Below are positions 12,831-25,865 of a stretch of 64,000 nucleotides of DNA, piece by piece. A program made the position numbers and the translations under genes. Each line of letters starts with the position of its first letter. The stretch's first letter is position 1. The DNA comes from the human T2T-CHM13v2.0 reference genome, Homo sapiens. The notes below the pieces were generated by a model. The model made no database searches. It was not told where the DNA came from and saw nothing but the letters and a program-made list of their open reading frames with translations. The stretch is from positions 33,280,001 to 33,344,000 of the forward strand of contig CP068257.2 in the NCBI GenBank assembly GCA_009914755.4, written 5' to 3'.

Positions 12831-13651
12831 TACCAAGCTGTGCCTGGGCTGCCCCCAGTGTTTTGCAGTGTGAGGAACTTCTACAGGCCAGCTTGGCCAC
12901 TGAAAGAAGCCAGTGATTAATGTAGTTTTAAACAAATCAAGATTTGCATAAATTGGCTCTGAAGTCAGCTTCTACAAACCAGCTGGAACACTCGCCATAT
13001 TCCTAGTTCAGTGCTGTCTTCCCAGTGGGTTCTCAGACTTTGCAGCTCACCCTTAGCCTTCTGTTGCAGGGAAACCACATCCATGTGGCTCCCAGTCTCT
13101 GGCAAGCCAGCAAAGGGCTCCAACTTCTCTTGCTTTCTCCACCTTCTCCTCACTGGCTGGAGCACTCAGGACTCTCCCAGGTCCTATTTTTCTCCTTTTG
13201 GTAATTTCCTGATAGAAACTCCAGCAATGAAGATAATTTTCAGAACTGTTTTTTTTTTTTCTGGTACAGAATTCATTTTGGCTTCTGGGAACTAAGAACA
13301 AATGAACTGTCTTTCTGAAGTCAAGAACTGTATAATGAAAGCTAAATGCAGAGGCAAAAGCCACTGTCGGTTGCCCTTTGTCCTCTCTGTCACCAGCCCT
13401 GGACATGAGGGTGAGACAGAAAGCCTCGCTCTTCCCCAGTGAAACCCTGCAATTGTTCTGTGCCAGATGAAGCCCTCTTCAGATGCTGGACAGGGTCCAG
13501 GTGCTGCCCTGTGAGTGGATGCCAGCCTCAGTCCTCATCCAGGCCAGGACCATGTCCAGGGCGGGCTTGCTCCTGAATCACATGCTTCCAGTCAGGACTC
13601 TGAATGCAAATGCTGGTGTTTTGTATTTTTTGTCGTTATGTTATTGTTGTT

Positions 13652-13895
13652 CTTTTTTTTTTTGAAACAAGGTCTCACTCTGTTGCCCAGGCTGGAGTGC
13701 AGTGGCTCACCGCAGGCTCCAGCTCCTGGGTTCAAGGGCTCCTCCCACCTCAACCTCCCAAGTAGCTAGGACTACAGACACACGCCACCACACCCCACTA
13801 ATTTTTAAACATTTTTAGACATGAGGTCTCCTTATTTGCCCCAGCTGGCTGTGAACTTCTGGCTTCAAGGTGATCCTCCTGCCTCAGCCTTCCAA
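13652..13895 (-). mobile_element. Alu SINE, minus orientation, older and diverged (AluJ-like), left monomer partly degraded
   Basis: TTTTTTTTTTTGAAACAAGGTCTCACTCTGTTGCCCAGGCTGGAGTGCAGTGGCTCAC...CTCAACCTCCCAAGTAGCTAGGACTACAGACACACGCCACCACACCCCACTAATTTTTAAA...GGTGATCCTCCTGCCTCAGCCTTCC. Confidence 0.85.
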
Positions 13896-15781
13896 TTAGC
13901 TCATACTGATGTTTTATTTAAATATCGCATAATATTTCAGTAAAAGGCCTGCAAAGAGGGCACAGAAAGCATTTTTTGGAGTTCACTGGGGGCAGGACGA
14001 GCTATCCCATTAGGTGGGAAGGGGTCTCTTCCTGATATGCATCATACAGCTGCTTCTAGTGGTGGTACAGGACCCAGGAGAAGAAGAGTAGGTGCTTAAC
14101 AAATATTTGCTGAATAAAGGTTGATGAAAATCAATGTCGACAATACATTTATTGGGATCAGGTAAGGAACAAAGGTGATATTAACAACAGCTGCCACCTG
14201 CGTCTATTACCAGACATCTCATAGATAGCAACCCTGGGAGGGAGATCTTACATACATGAGGACAGAGGAATGGGAGATCCACCAAGGTGCCTGACAGCTG
14301 CATTTGAACCCATACTCAGATAGAGGAACCCTCTGCAGTCTGCTCAGGGTTGGAGTTTGTGGCTGGGAGAAAAGAGGAACAGCCTCTGCAGCCAACCCTC
14401 CTGGGCAGCGAATGTCTCCTCCCCACACTGCAGTGAACCCCTGGCCATCCTTCCAGCTCTGCCCTTGCCCCACTCCAGTAAAGCAGCCAGAGAGTGATAC
14501 ACATTAGATTGTGTCTCTCCTCCACCCAAACTCCTTGACGGCTTTCCAGGGCACTCAGAATTCCAGGCCCTGGAGGAAACCAGCCCAGCCCATCACCTAG
14601 ACCTGGGAGCACCTGTCTCCCTCGGCTTGCTCTGCCATAGCCTCTGTCTGTCTCACAGACGCGCCAAGCTTTTTCTGCCTCAGGACCTTTTCAGGGGCTT
14701 TCCTTCTGCCTGGACCACTTTCCTGTCTCTAAACTCCCCCAGTTTTCCCCATGGCTGCTCAACCGTCATCTACTAAAGTAATGGGTAAAGTAACCCCGCT
14801 CCCTACCCCTGAACCATCACAACTATCATGTCACATGCACGGGTTTCTTTTCACCATTGCATTTGTCTTATTTGATTTCTGTGTTTATGTATTTGTTGTC
14901 CATCCTCCAAGTGACAGAGGGAGTGGATGGAGTGAAGGATAAGTTTTGTCCTGTTCACTGCCCAGCATCAAGAAAAGTGCTTGGAACTGAGTAGATAGTC
15001 AACAGACACTTCTTAAGAATGAATGAATCAATCGATGACAATGAACTGTAGCTGCCACCTCCTCCAGCCTACGTACCCTGAGGCATCCTAGATCTCAGAG
15101 CAAGGAGATGATGACTGCCAGGCATTGAGTGGTGAAAAAATATTTTCCTTTGCTACTTACTCTTCTATCACTGGGTGGCAGTAAGGCTAGAAGCCTGGGA
15201 AATCTCCATCACCCGTCCTCTCTGTTTTGCGATACTCTTGGGTGCCCTGAGGGCTTTAGAGGTTGCTGCGGTCAACAACCTAAGCAACCACTTCTGAGTT
15301 TCTGGCATAGTGGCAACCACAACTGGCCAGTAGGTCGAGGAGGCCTCTGCTTAACATATTGCACCGATGTTTTGGTTATGCAAATATATGGTTTTTCTCA
15401 TTCCGATGGAAAACATTTCTGGCCAAGTCAAAACTACAGAAACACAGCAAGGAAGACTCATCTATATAGTCCCCTCAGTCCCATTGCCCCAGCCTGGGTC
15501 CCTCTTTTTACACCCTCAGAAGACTGTTCCCATTGCCTTCCTAGTCTTTGAGATGCAGGCATTTGGAAAGCACACATCTGATGCATACCTGAAACTCCGG
15601 ATCAGTCACGTAATTGTTTCCAGATATACAGGACATGTGTGATGACAGATAGGATATGAACAGATGAGTAGTGATTGGATCTGAGCTCAACATTCCAAAC
15701 CGATGCAAACTAGGGTGTGGGGAGAAGCCCCTGGCCTTTCACTTGGGGTGGGGCTGGGGGGCCTTCACCTGGTCTAGTTTA

Positions 15782-16099
<318 letters not shown>

Positions 16100-16100
<1 letters not shown>

Positions 16101-16140
16101 AGAAGAAGAAGGAGAAGGAGAAGGAGAAGAGAAATAATGG
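16100..16140. repeat. Polypurine (GAAGGA)n-like microsatellite replacing the Alu A-tail
   Basis: aagaagaagaaggagaaggagaaggagaagagaaataatgg. Confidence 0.85.
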
Positions 16141-17829
16141 CAGGAGAAGGAGGGAGCAGTGGCTTTGCGTAGACTTTTCTCTGGGATGAACTGGGCTCAG
16201 GAAAGGAAGAAACCTGTTGGGTTCTGATGCGGGGCTGTTCACCCACAAAAGAATGGAGAGGTGCAGATGGAAGTGGATCTCCTGCAGAGATGGTGTAGAG
16301 ACAGAATGGAAACCCCAGGCCAGGAGTGTCAGCTTTGGGAACAGTGGTTGGTGGCATCTGCAGCCTTCTGCGTCAGCTGGACACCACACGTCTTAAGCCT
16401 CGTCACCTTCTCTTTACTTTTTTGCCCCTTCAAACTCACACTAATTTCAGTTGAGACAGGGCAGAATGCATACTTTGCACCACCCTATGCCACAAGGTTT
16501 CAATCTGGGGTGGGCATGGGGACCCTTTACATTGTATTCTTTAATAATTCACATGGCAGCATCGTAGGGCTACTTTTAATTGCTTCTTAAAAGTAATTAA
16601 TTGATTTTCTGACGTATCAGTTAACAATGTATTACACTGACACGAAGTTGTGTTTTGGCTCTTGATTGAACCGAGGGCTGTATGGATTAAATTCCACCCA
16701 GAGTTTAGCTTAGGAGACTCTAAAAATATGCCTCTATAAAAGGAAAGGCTTTTTACATGGCGTGTTGTCTAAAAATCTAAACCATATGTCCTTTCCAGGC
16801 TGTCAATGGGGTAAAATATGGGTTCCAGTGTGTGTAGCTGCTCAGACTTCGAACATTCAGGAGGCATAAAATAACCTACTGTTACTCAATATGGCCAACA
16901 CTCTGGATTAAAGTCACTCAGGCTATGCCGAGGGAATTCTCTCTCAGTCAGTGTGAAGCAGGAGCCATTCCATCAAAACGTGGTTTGCTAAGGACTCTTG
17001 GAAGGAGGCAAATATGAGCTTTGTTCTGAGAGCGGCTGTCTCCTGGCAGGAGCTGAGTTTGTCTGTAGCTGAGTTTGCAAGATCCATTCATTGACATTCC
17101 ATGATAGAAGAATTATACACAGGGAGGATTCCCATCAACAATGCAGACACTATTAATGGGGACGTTAAGACCAAGATTAGTTAAGTGGCTTGCCCTGGGT
17201 CATGCACTGAGTCAGTGGAGCATTAGGAACAAGGACCTCCTGACATTTTGGCTTCTGTAGGGATTTGTGTGGCAATTCTGTGATGAGGATGATATTGTAA
17301 CTGCCAGGAAGTCACCATGTATATTTCAACACCTACTGTACCCACAATATGAATCTCTTGACAGGGTCATTTCACGGGGGGCAGCATTTCTTCCCCACTT
17401 CTGGGAGCTATCACTCTGGCCTTTCTCCCCTTCATATGGTCAGTTGGGCGTATGGGAGAAGGAAGTGGCAACTCAGGGAACTCAGTTCCCTCCTCCCTCC
17501 CTCCACTTGGAGCTAGTGCCTGCAGGAAGCACACATTCTGGTCAGTGTCTTCATGTGGCATGTTTTACACTGGTTCAACTGCGCCTGAGACAGGTGAGAG
17601 AATTCAGCATTGGGAAGCCTGTGTGGCTGCACTTCACAGCCCCATTCTGCAACTTGGCCTTGAGCTGGCATTTGGATCTGCATGTGTCCCACTTCTTTTT
17701 GCCTGTGTCCTAATTGATTTGGAACTCAAGAGGGCTGCCATTCATTGCATGTCCTTCAATCTGAGTGTAAAGCCAGGACATGTGATGATGGCAGAACGAG
17801 CCCACTTAAACCTGATGCACAGTGAGCTG

Positions 17830-17960
17830 AGGCCTTGCTTCTCAGCTGTGTTCCTTACCTTGGCCTGGTCATTCGTGCTCAGTTTCCTGAATTATAGAAT
17901 GAGGATAACGATTCCTCCTTTACAGCACCGTTATGAGGACTAAATGAGATATTCAACGAG
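17830..17960 (+). mobile_element. MIR SINE (core plus 3' part)
   Basis: CTTGGCCTGGTCATTCGTGCTCAGTTTCCTGAATTATAGAATGAGGATAACGATTCCTCCTTTACAGCACCGTTATGAGGACTAAATGAGATATTCAAC. This matches the MIR region ...CTCAGTTTCCTCATCTGTAAAATGGGGATAATAATACCTACCTCACAGGGTTGTTGTGAGGATTAAATGAGATAATG. Confidence 0.7.
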
Positions 17961-19719
17961 ACCGCTTTTAGACTTTGTTTACCCTAGCAGTTGCCCAGTT
18001 AATAGGACTTGAACTTTTTTTTTAATTGCAAAGTACCAGAAGAAAGATGTAGAAAAAGTGTTTAAAAACCTTAACATATTATGCTATTTGATTTTTCAAT
18101 ATTTTGGAAACATCTTAAATTCTGACCAAAACTTACAGGAGGAAAATTGAAGGGAAGAATTAATGACTATGTGGAGACAAGGGAGTGCACCCTTTATGAG
18201 GAAGAAGAGGTGTGTATAGGAAGCACTTCACAGGTAAAGTCAAGCTCATCACTGATCTGGTCCTGCTGAGCTGAGGACAATACTTGACATTCCTCTGGTA
18301 ACTGTTTACATGACCATTCATTCTTCCTTGTCCAGCCTAAACACAAATAGGCAAAAAGACTCATGTTCATGGAATCTGCTTTAATTGCAGAGAATGGTTG
18401 TTTTATGAGCCTCAAAGGGGAAAAGCATTTTAAAAGCATGTGAAGAAGCATTCTATGCAAATGTAAAATATTATTAACAATCACATGACTACTTTGATCA
18501 TGTATTTTAACATATTTGTTGTTTCTTGGCAAAGTGGAAGGTGTTGTCAGACCAGAGGAATAAGTGCAAGAGATCAATGATGTTTGGGTGACTCATTTTA
18601 TAATTATCTTCAAACTTTAAGGCTTGCAAATTCCATTTTTCCTAGGTCAGTGTTATTTTGCTGAGATAGAGAACAAAAGTTAACATTATACAAATATGAA
18701 AAAAGTATTCTCTGGGGTCTGAAGTGCTGAATATCAACAGCCTCTTCACATTCCTCGTTTTTGGAAGTGAAAAGCTTTTACCCAGAGATATAGGTTGTCT
18801 TCTTAACTCTTTGAAAGTACAGTAATGAGATCCAAGCAGATTCAGTAATCCATATTCTGAAAGTTATTTGGGTTAAGAATAGAAGAGTTTTTTGTGTGTG
18901 TGGGGAAGGGGAGAGGGGGAAGAGTCATGAATTATTTACCATGATTCTAGTGATGGCAGAAAGCCTCAAGATTTTGCTGAAGTCACTGATTGATTTTCTG
19001 ACACAACAAGTGAAAGGCAACGCCAGTGGCTCATTGGTATTGCATGTCAGACACACGATCCCCTGTTAAATGCAGGGCTGCATTACAGCTGCTATAAGTT
19101 TGTGTTTCACGGGTGGGAGAAAGGGATAATTTCTGTTACCTGATCATTAATATACTCTAAAGAGTTCTGGAAGAAAGCAACAAACATGAACCCCATGTTC
19201 AACGAACATAATATGGGCCCTTCCCGTGGGCAAAGTCCTGTCCTGGAGAATTTGAGGGGTAACATTTGATGAAGGCATGGTCCCTCACTGTTAATAAATG
19301 CACAGTCTAGTGGAAGTGGCAGTGTGATTACCAAATACTGAGAGTTCGATGTAGAATGCAATGAATGAGATCACAGAGGTATAAGGCAAGTGTTATGGGA
19401 GCACAGGAAGGGGGAGAAATGAGTTCCATCTGAAAGGGCTGAGGAGGGAGGCTCGGAGGAGGAGATGATGACTAGATTGAGTCTGGAAAGAGTGCAGGGT
19501 TTAGACAGGCAAAAATGGGAAAGGAATTTGAGCTAGCTCACATGACATAAGCAAAGTCAAGGAAGAGGGAAAGTACAGGGGATGTCACAGAATGGCACAT
19601 GTTGGATGCAGCTGTGGGACATATCAGCATGGGAAGAGAGGGCCCAGGCAGAACAGAAGGCCAGGAAGGGAGGCCAGCCCTGGGTCGCGGCGGCATTTTC
19701 TGAGCTGCCAGGTCTTTCT

Positions 19720-19875
19720 ATGTGTTATCTAACTTAATGCTCACAAAATCCTTTTGGGAAAGGCATCATGATTGCTCTAATTTTATACATAAAATAGCAG
19801 ATTTATGGAGGGTCAGTAATACCCAAGAACACCCAGCCAGCAAGTGGCAGAGCCAGGACCTAGATTCAGGACTGA
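19720..19875 (-). mobile_element. MIR SINE, minus orientation
   Basis: CTCTAATTTTATACATAAAATAGCAGATTTATGGAGGGTCAGTAATACCCAAGAACACCCAGCCAGCAAGTGGCAGAGCCAGGACCTAGATTCAGGACTG. This matches the reverse-complement MIR (CCATTTTACAGATGAGGAAACTGAGGCTCAGAGAGGTTAAGTGACTTGCCCAAGGTCACACAGCTAGTAAGTGGCAGAGCTGGGATTCGAACCCAGG). Confidence 0.65.
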
Positions 19876-20712
19876 AAATAGCAAAGGCCATGCTGTGACC
19901 CCATGCTGTTCCGACACAGTAGAAGTCCTATAACTAAGTCTATGGCTAGGGTTTGGAGACTTCTTTCCCATGGGCAGGTGGGCATCACAGAAGGACTCTG
20001 AGCAGCAGAGAAACCTAAGTGACCATGCTTCAGGTAGAGCCTGAGGAATCAGTGAAAAGAATGAGTAGGCAGAGATTGAAAGCCCATCGGCCAACTGGGA
20101 GATAGGGCACATGTCTTTGTGAAGGGGCTGTGGAAGCCAAGGAAAGAGAAAGCAGATGGAGACAGGGTGAAAGAGGACACTCAGAACTTTGGAGCCTAGA
20201 CATTGGGGTGAGGCTAGGGCACAGATGCAGATGTCCAGGTGTTTAGCCTGGGTGACTGGGATGATTGCAAATCATCAGGCAGTTTTCAGTTGAACAAAAA
20301 GAATTGGAATTCTGCATTAGCATTCTACATCCTACACCTAAAGGCGTGACTGGTTATTAGACAGTAAGAGAAATGCTGACCAGAGTTTTAATACTACATC
20401 AATCAGAGGCATTTCTGCTGGGTAACAAATTTAATAAAATGACAACATCCCTTGATATCTCTCTCATTCTTGGCAGAAATATCTCAAAGAAGATAGACAG
20501 ATGGAAAGGTGGTCAGACACATAAAGAAAGCAAGCGAGAAAGCCTGGAACGTTGAGCCCTCATACAAGCATTGAAATGAATGTGGGGCTTGGTCAGTATG
20601 AAAGGCAAGTCAATCATCATCACTGGAAGTCAGAATCAATTTGTAAGATGGCTCGTCAGGACCCTAAACGCATAAACAGAAGAATGAGAGGTTGTTATAA
20701 AGTCCTTGGCTT

Positions 20713-21013
20713 GGCCGGGCGTAGTGGCTCATGCCTATAATCCCAGCACTTTGGGAGGTCCAGGTGGATGGATCATGAGGTCAGGAGTTCAATACCAGCC
20801 TGGCCAACATGGTGAAACCCTGTCTCTACTAAAAATACAAAAATTAGGTAGGCTTGGTGGTGGGTGCCTGTAGTACCAGCTACTCAGGGGGCTAAGGCAG
20901 ATAATTGATTGAATCCGGGAGGCGGAGATTGCAGTGAGCTGAGATTGAGCCACTGCACTCCAGCCTGGGTGACAGGGTGAGACTCTGTCTCAAAAAAAAA
21001 AAAAAAAAAAAAA
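20713..21013 (+). mobile_element. Alu SINE, full length, plus orientation, with a long A-tail
   Basis: GGCCGGGCGTAGTGGCTCATGCCTATAATCCCAGCACTTTGGGAGGTCCAGGTGGATGGATCATGAGGTCAGGAGTTCAATACCAGCCTGGCCAACATGGTGAAACCCTGTCTCTACTAAAAATACAAAAATTAGGTAGG...GAGACTCTGTCTC followed by A27. It is flanked by the direct repeat AGTCCTTGGCTT at 20701-20712 and 21014-21025, which I read as the TSD. Confidence 0.9.
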
Positions 21014-21490
21014 GTCCTTGGCTTTTACCCAAGTGATGATGCTGTGTGTTAAGGTCAAGTTGATCTGATAAATCGCTATGCAATAATCCAAGCACCCCAA
21101 TCCCTTGGGGGTGCTCATGAGATGAGAGATGCAGGGGCATGACAATATTCTCACCTTGAAAACCTCTTGGGGAGACTTCTCAACATAGGTTTGTGACAAT
21201 TGTCCCCTGGTCTGAGTTGAAAAAAATGTAGCTGATCATTATCAGCATTGCCAGATTAACACTGGTACCCAGTGAAATAGTCATCCCCCCTTGCAAGGGT
21301 TATGTGGAAGGAAGGATCTATGTTTAACAGATTATTTTAGTTTTAAAATTTGCTTATCTTATATATTGTGCTGCCATGGATGCCCTTGATTTTATTCTTT
21401 GTTAGGAAGGAATATCATGGCTTTGAAATCCTGAGGCCTATACTGTAAATCTTTCACAAATTTAAAAAAGTACATGAAATAAGATACATG

Positions 21491-22095
<605 letters not shown>

Positions 22096-23719
22096 CTTGG
22101 TACTCAAACTTAATAAGGTGGATTTGCAAGTATAGTCTTTGAAAAGTGATGACCATGGAGAGAAGGGACTTTTGTGAGGGATCCCTGATCTGGTGACCAG
22201 TGAGAACCAAGACAACTACACTCATTCAAGACCACATTTTACGTTTGAGCCCTGTTACTGGAGAACAGATAAGGGACCCATCCCGTGTTTTTGACTTCTT
22301 GACCTACTGACTTACTACATAACTATATCGATTTTGCATGGAAGCTCCTGCTCTCTGTGGGTTTGACCAGGCACCATTGGCCTGCCTTTTGCTGCAATAA
22401 GTCTGGGGGCTTCACTCACTCCTTAGTGGCTTATTCTCACCACATATTTGGCTCACACCAGCAGAGCCTGACTCTTCCGGGGAAAAAATGATTTACCAAA
22501 TTAGCATGGAGATAAAAATACTTTCTTCTTCGATTGAGTGGTCTCCTTATAGAATTGAAACAAAATTAGATTCAGGAAGTGGCATGCATTTTGGTAACTG
22601 ATGCTTGATAATTGAGTATTATTAGATTTAGGTTTTTGCCCAAAATAATGATTGTAGGACATTAGAACGAACTATTTCAGATGAAACTTTTCCAATGTGA
22701 ATCAAATTGTGAAAGGAACAAGCACATCCTGAATTAGTGCTGTATTTTTGAAACATACTGGAGTAGGTTTAAGCATTCCTTCCTTCCTCACGGTCATTGA
22801 GCAGATGTTCTTGCCAGGCTCTGCGTTAGGTACTTGGACTTGGGCAGTGAATCAGACAGCAAAAGCCTCTTCCTTTCAGGAGCTGACCTTCCAGGTGCAG
22901 ATAGAAACACTGAAATGAATTCTAATTGCATGTGTGGTGTGTGGACATAGCAAAATAACCATCATCAAGGAAAAAAGTACTCTTCATATTTAGAAACTTG
23001 GCTCCATACTATTTTACCAATTTTGGGAATCCCAATTATTTTTTTCCCAAAGATACATTTTAGCACGTAGGCACACTTTGAGGCTTTACTCCCACTCTCT
23101 TTTGTTTCTTTTACTATTTTCTTATTCCACAACCAAGGTCTTTCCCAAAACCCCAGCCTTTTCTCCTCCTGATGGCAAATTATGGCCATTATTAGAGACG
23201 GTGATTGTCCCATTTCTGCACAATGAGGTGAAGCAAGAATGAAAATGCTTGTGGATTTTGGTACTACCTACTGGGGGCAGCTTCCAACTGGAAACACACC
23301 ATGAAATTTACCAGTTTCAGACCAAATTGGATAGTCACTTAAAAAATCCCATGTAAGCATTTGTACCTTTGTTTCATATTTAAGCTGTATATTTTACATA
23401 CCTGGGAACACCTGGAAAGATCTTTTGGTATGACTGTCTGGAGAAGGTCTTAAACTTTTAGATTGTTAAGGAACTTTTCAGTTCCTTACATAAAACCTAG
23501 AGTTAAAAACTTGCGTTCTGAGGCCATCCCTATTTCTCTTGTGATGTGATATGTTGAGAAGTTATATATACACATCCACATGGGCAAGCCACATACTCAC
23601 TAAGAAAGTCCTTTTGTGTAAATACCAGGAGCTAAATAAACATTTTTTCATGTTTTTTTCTAGTTTTATTGTGGTAACATATATATATAACATAAAATTT
23701 ACCATTTTAACAATTGTAT

Positions 23720-24020
23720 TTTTGTTTTTTGATTTGTTTTTGAGACTGAGTCTCACTCTATCACCCAGGCTAGAGTGCAGTGGCGTGATCTTGGCTCACT
23801 GCAACTTGTGCCTTCCGGGTTCAAGCGACTGTCTTGCCTCAGCCTCCTGAGTAGCTGGGATTATAGGAGCCTGCCACCATGCCCAGTTAATTTTGGTATT
23901 TTTAGTAGAGTCGGGGTTTCACCATGTTGGCCAGGCTGGTCTTAAACACCTGACCTCAAGTGATTTGCCTGCCTGGGCCTCTCAAAGTGTTGGGATTACA
24001 GGCATGAGCCACTGAACCCA
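23720..24020 (-). mobile_element. Alu SINE, full length, minus orientation
   Basis: TTTGTTTTTGAGACTGAGTCTCACTCTATCACCCAGGCTAGAGTGCAGTGGCGTGATCTTGGCTCACTGCAACTTGTGCCTTCCGGGTTCAAGCGACTGTCTTGCCTCAGCCTCCTGAGTAGCTGGGATTATAGGAGCCTGCCACCATGCCCAGTTAATTTTGG...GTGTTGGGATTACAGGCATGAGCCACTGAACCCAACC. The candidate TSD ACCATTTTAA lies at 23701-23710 and 24021-24030. Confidence 0.9.
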
Positions 24021-24500
24021 ACCATTTTAAAGTGCATAGTTATGTGGCACTAAATATATTCACACTGTTGTGCAGCCATCACCACCTTCCATCTCCAGAA
24101 CATTTTTGTCTTCCCAAATGAAAACTCTTTACGCATTGAACCAGTCAACACCACCTCCCTGTTTCCCCCTCCCCCATAGCCTCTGGTAATCATCATTCTT
24201 CTTTCTGTCTCTATCATGTGACTACTCTAGGAAACTCATCTAAGTGAAATTGTACAGTATTTTTTGTGTCTGACTTATTTCACTCATTATAATGTCCTCA
24301 AGCTTCATCCATATTGTAGCATAAGTCCCTCCTTTCTAAGGCTAAACAATATTCCACTGTATGTACAAACCACATTTTGTTTGTCCATTTGTGTGTCAAT
24401 GGGCTTGGGTTGCTTCCACCTTTTGGCTATTGCGACCCATGCTGCTATGAACAAGAGTGCACAAATATAAACATTCTTATTCACTCTATTGACATAATCA

Positions 24501-24797
24501 TTTTTTTTTCTTTTGAGACAGTGTCTCTCTCTGTTGCTCAGGCTGGAGGGCAGTGGCACCATCTGGGCTCACTGCACCCTCTGCCTCCGGGTTCAAGCCA
24601 TTCTCCTACCTCAGCCTCCCTAGTGGCTGGAATTACAGGTGTGCACCACCATACCTGGCGAATTTTTTTGTATTTTTAGTGGAGATGGAGTTTCACTATA
24701 TTGGCCAGGCTGGTCTCGAACTCCTAACCCCAAGTGATCCACCTGCCTCGGCCTCCTGAAGTGCTGGGATTACAGGCGTGAGCCACCATACCAGGCC
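24501..24797 (-). mobile_element. Alu SINE, full length, minus orientation
   Basis: TTTTTTTTTCTTTTGAGACAGTGTCTCTCTCTGTTGCTCAGGCTGGAGGGCAGTGGCACCATCTGGGCTCACTGCACCCTCTGCCTCCGGGTTCAAGCCATTCTCCTACCTCAGCC...GCTGGGATTACAGGCGTGAGCCACCATACCAGGCC. Confidence 0.9.
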
Positions 24798-25741
24798 TAC
24801 ATAATTGATTTTTAAAAATTGTGACAGACTCAACTATGATCAATCCCTTTTGAAAATCTGTGGCAGGATAGGATAATATTAATTAATTGATCTTGAATAC
24901 TTCCAACCTTCCTGATAGATTCATCTATGTCTTTAATAGACACTTGATGGCCGCCCAGCATGTACTGAGCAGCCTGCTGGATCTGGAGGATTCTGCTTCA
25001 AGTGTCTCTAACAGAGGAGACAGGACTGTAAGTGGGGGGCTCGAGGCTGGTGCTCTGTGTGCCACAAGCAAGGTGTGTGCCGGTTCTAGAGGAGAAGACA
25101 GCAGTCGTGCTTTGCCCTTCCAGGATTGTCAGGAGGGGTTTGGTAGCGGTGGAGAGACCAGAACTGAAGAGAAATGCATGCAATGTACCATCCCTGGGCT
25201 AGGAACTTGATCTCTCTTATTTTATGTAATTCTTTTAATAGTTTTATGAGGTAGGTACTTTACTGTCTTTATATCAAAGACAAGGAATTAAGGTTTGGTG
25301 AGATTAGTTTGGCCAAGGTCACATACCTAGTAAGAAGCACATCACTTTATAGCTCTTAACTACTCTGTTACATTGATGTTCCAAGCAGGTATTAACAGGG
25401 TAAGGGAGAGAAGGGGTGAAGAGTCTTCCAGAAAGAGAGAAACAGTGATCTACATCACATGGGCTGATGAAGGAGCATGGGGGAATTTGGAGAACTGCAA
25501 GATGTCCTTACAAGTAGGGTCACCACAATTGCCTGCTGGAGTCCCCCCTGGTGATGAGGCCTGGGGAAGCCCCCTGTTCCCTCATCTCTTCCTCATTGTC
25601 CTTCTGGTAGGATAGCACCAGTGACACCTGGAGAGGCTGGATATTTTCTGCTCAATTTGGGTTTCTGCTGCTTGGGAATTTCTGACATAAACAGATGGAA
25701 AACATCAGAATCATTTTTACTGAATAAGTATCTACCATTGA

Positions 25742-25865
25742 TTGAGCGCTTATACTAAGCCAGACACTATTCTAAGTACTTCACCTTCATTATCATTCTA
25801 AATCTTCACAACAATCCTTAGAGGTAGGTTCTATGATTACCCTATTTTATAGAGGGAGAAAATAG
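25742..25865 (-). mobile_element. MIR SINE 3' portion, minus orientation
   Basis: GAGCGCTTATACTAAGCCAGACACTATTCTAAGTACTTCACCTTCATTATCATTCTAAATCTTCACAACAATCCTTAGAGGTAGGTTCTATGATTACCCTATTTTATAGAGGGAGAAAATAG. This matches the MIR 3' region in reverse complement (AGTGCTTACTATGTGCCAGGCACTGTGCTAAGCGCTTTACATGCATTATCTCATTTAATCCTCACAACAACCCTGTGAGGTAGGTACTATTATTATCCCCATTTTACAGATGAGGAAACTGAGG). Confidence 0.75.

Noticed and set aside
17267-17943. Overlapping 148-aa and 163-aa plus-strand ORFs as a possible exon
   Set aside because: The 3' part is a MIR SINE (17830-17960). The remainder is moderately GC-rich unique DNA where stop-poor frames are expected. The translations have no recognisable domain and no clear splice-site context, so this is insufficient evidence.
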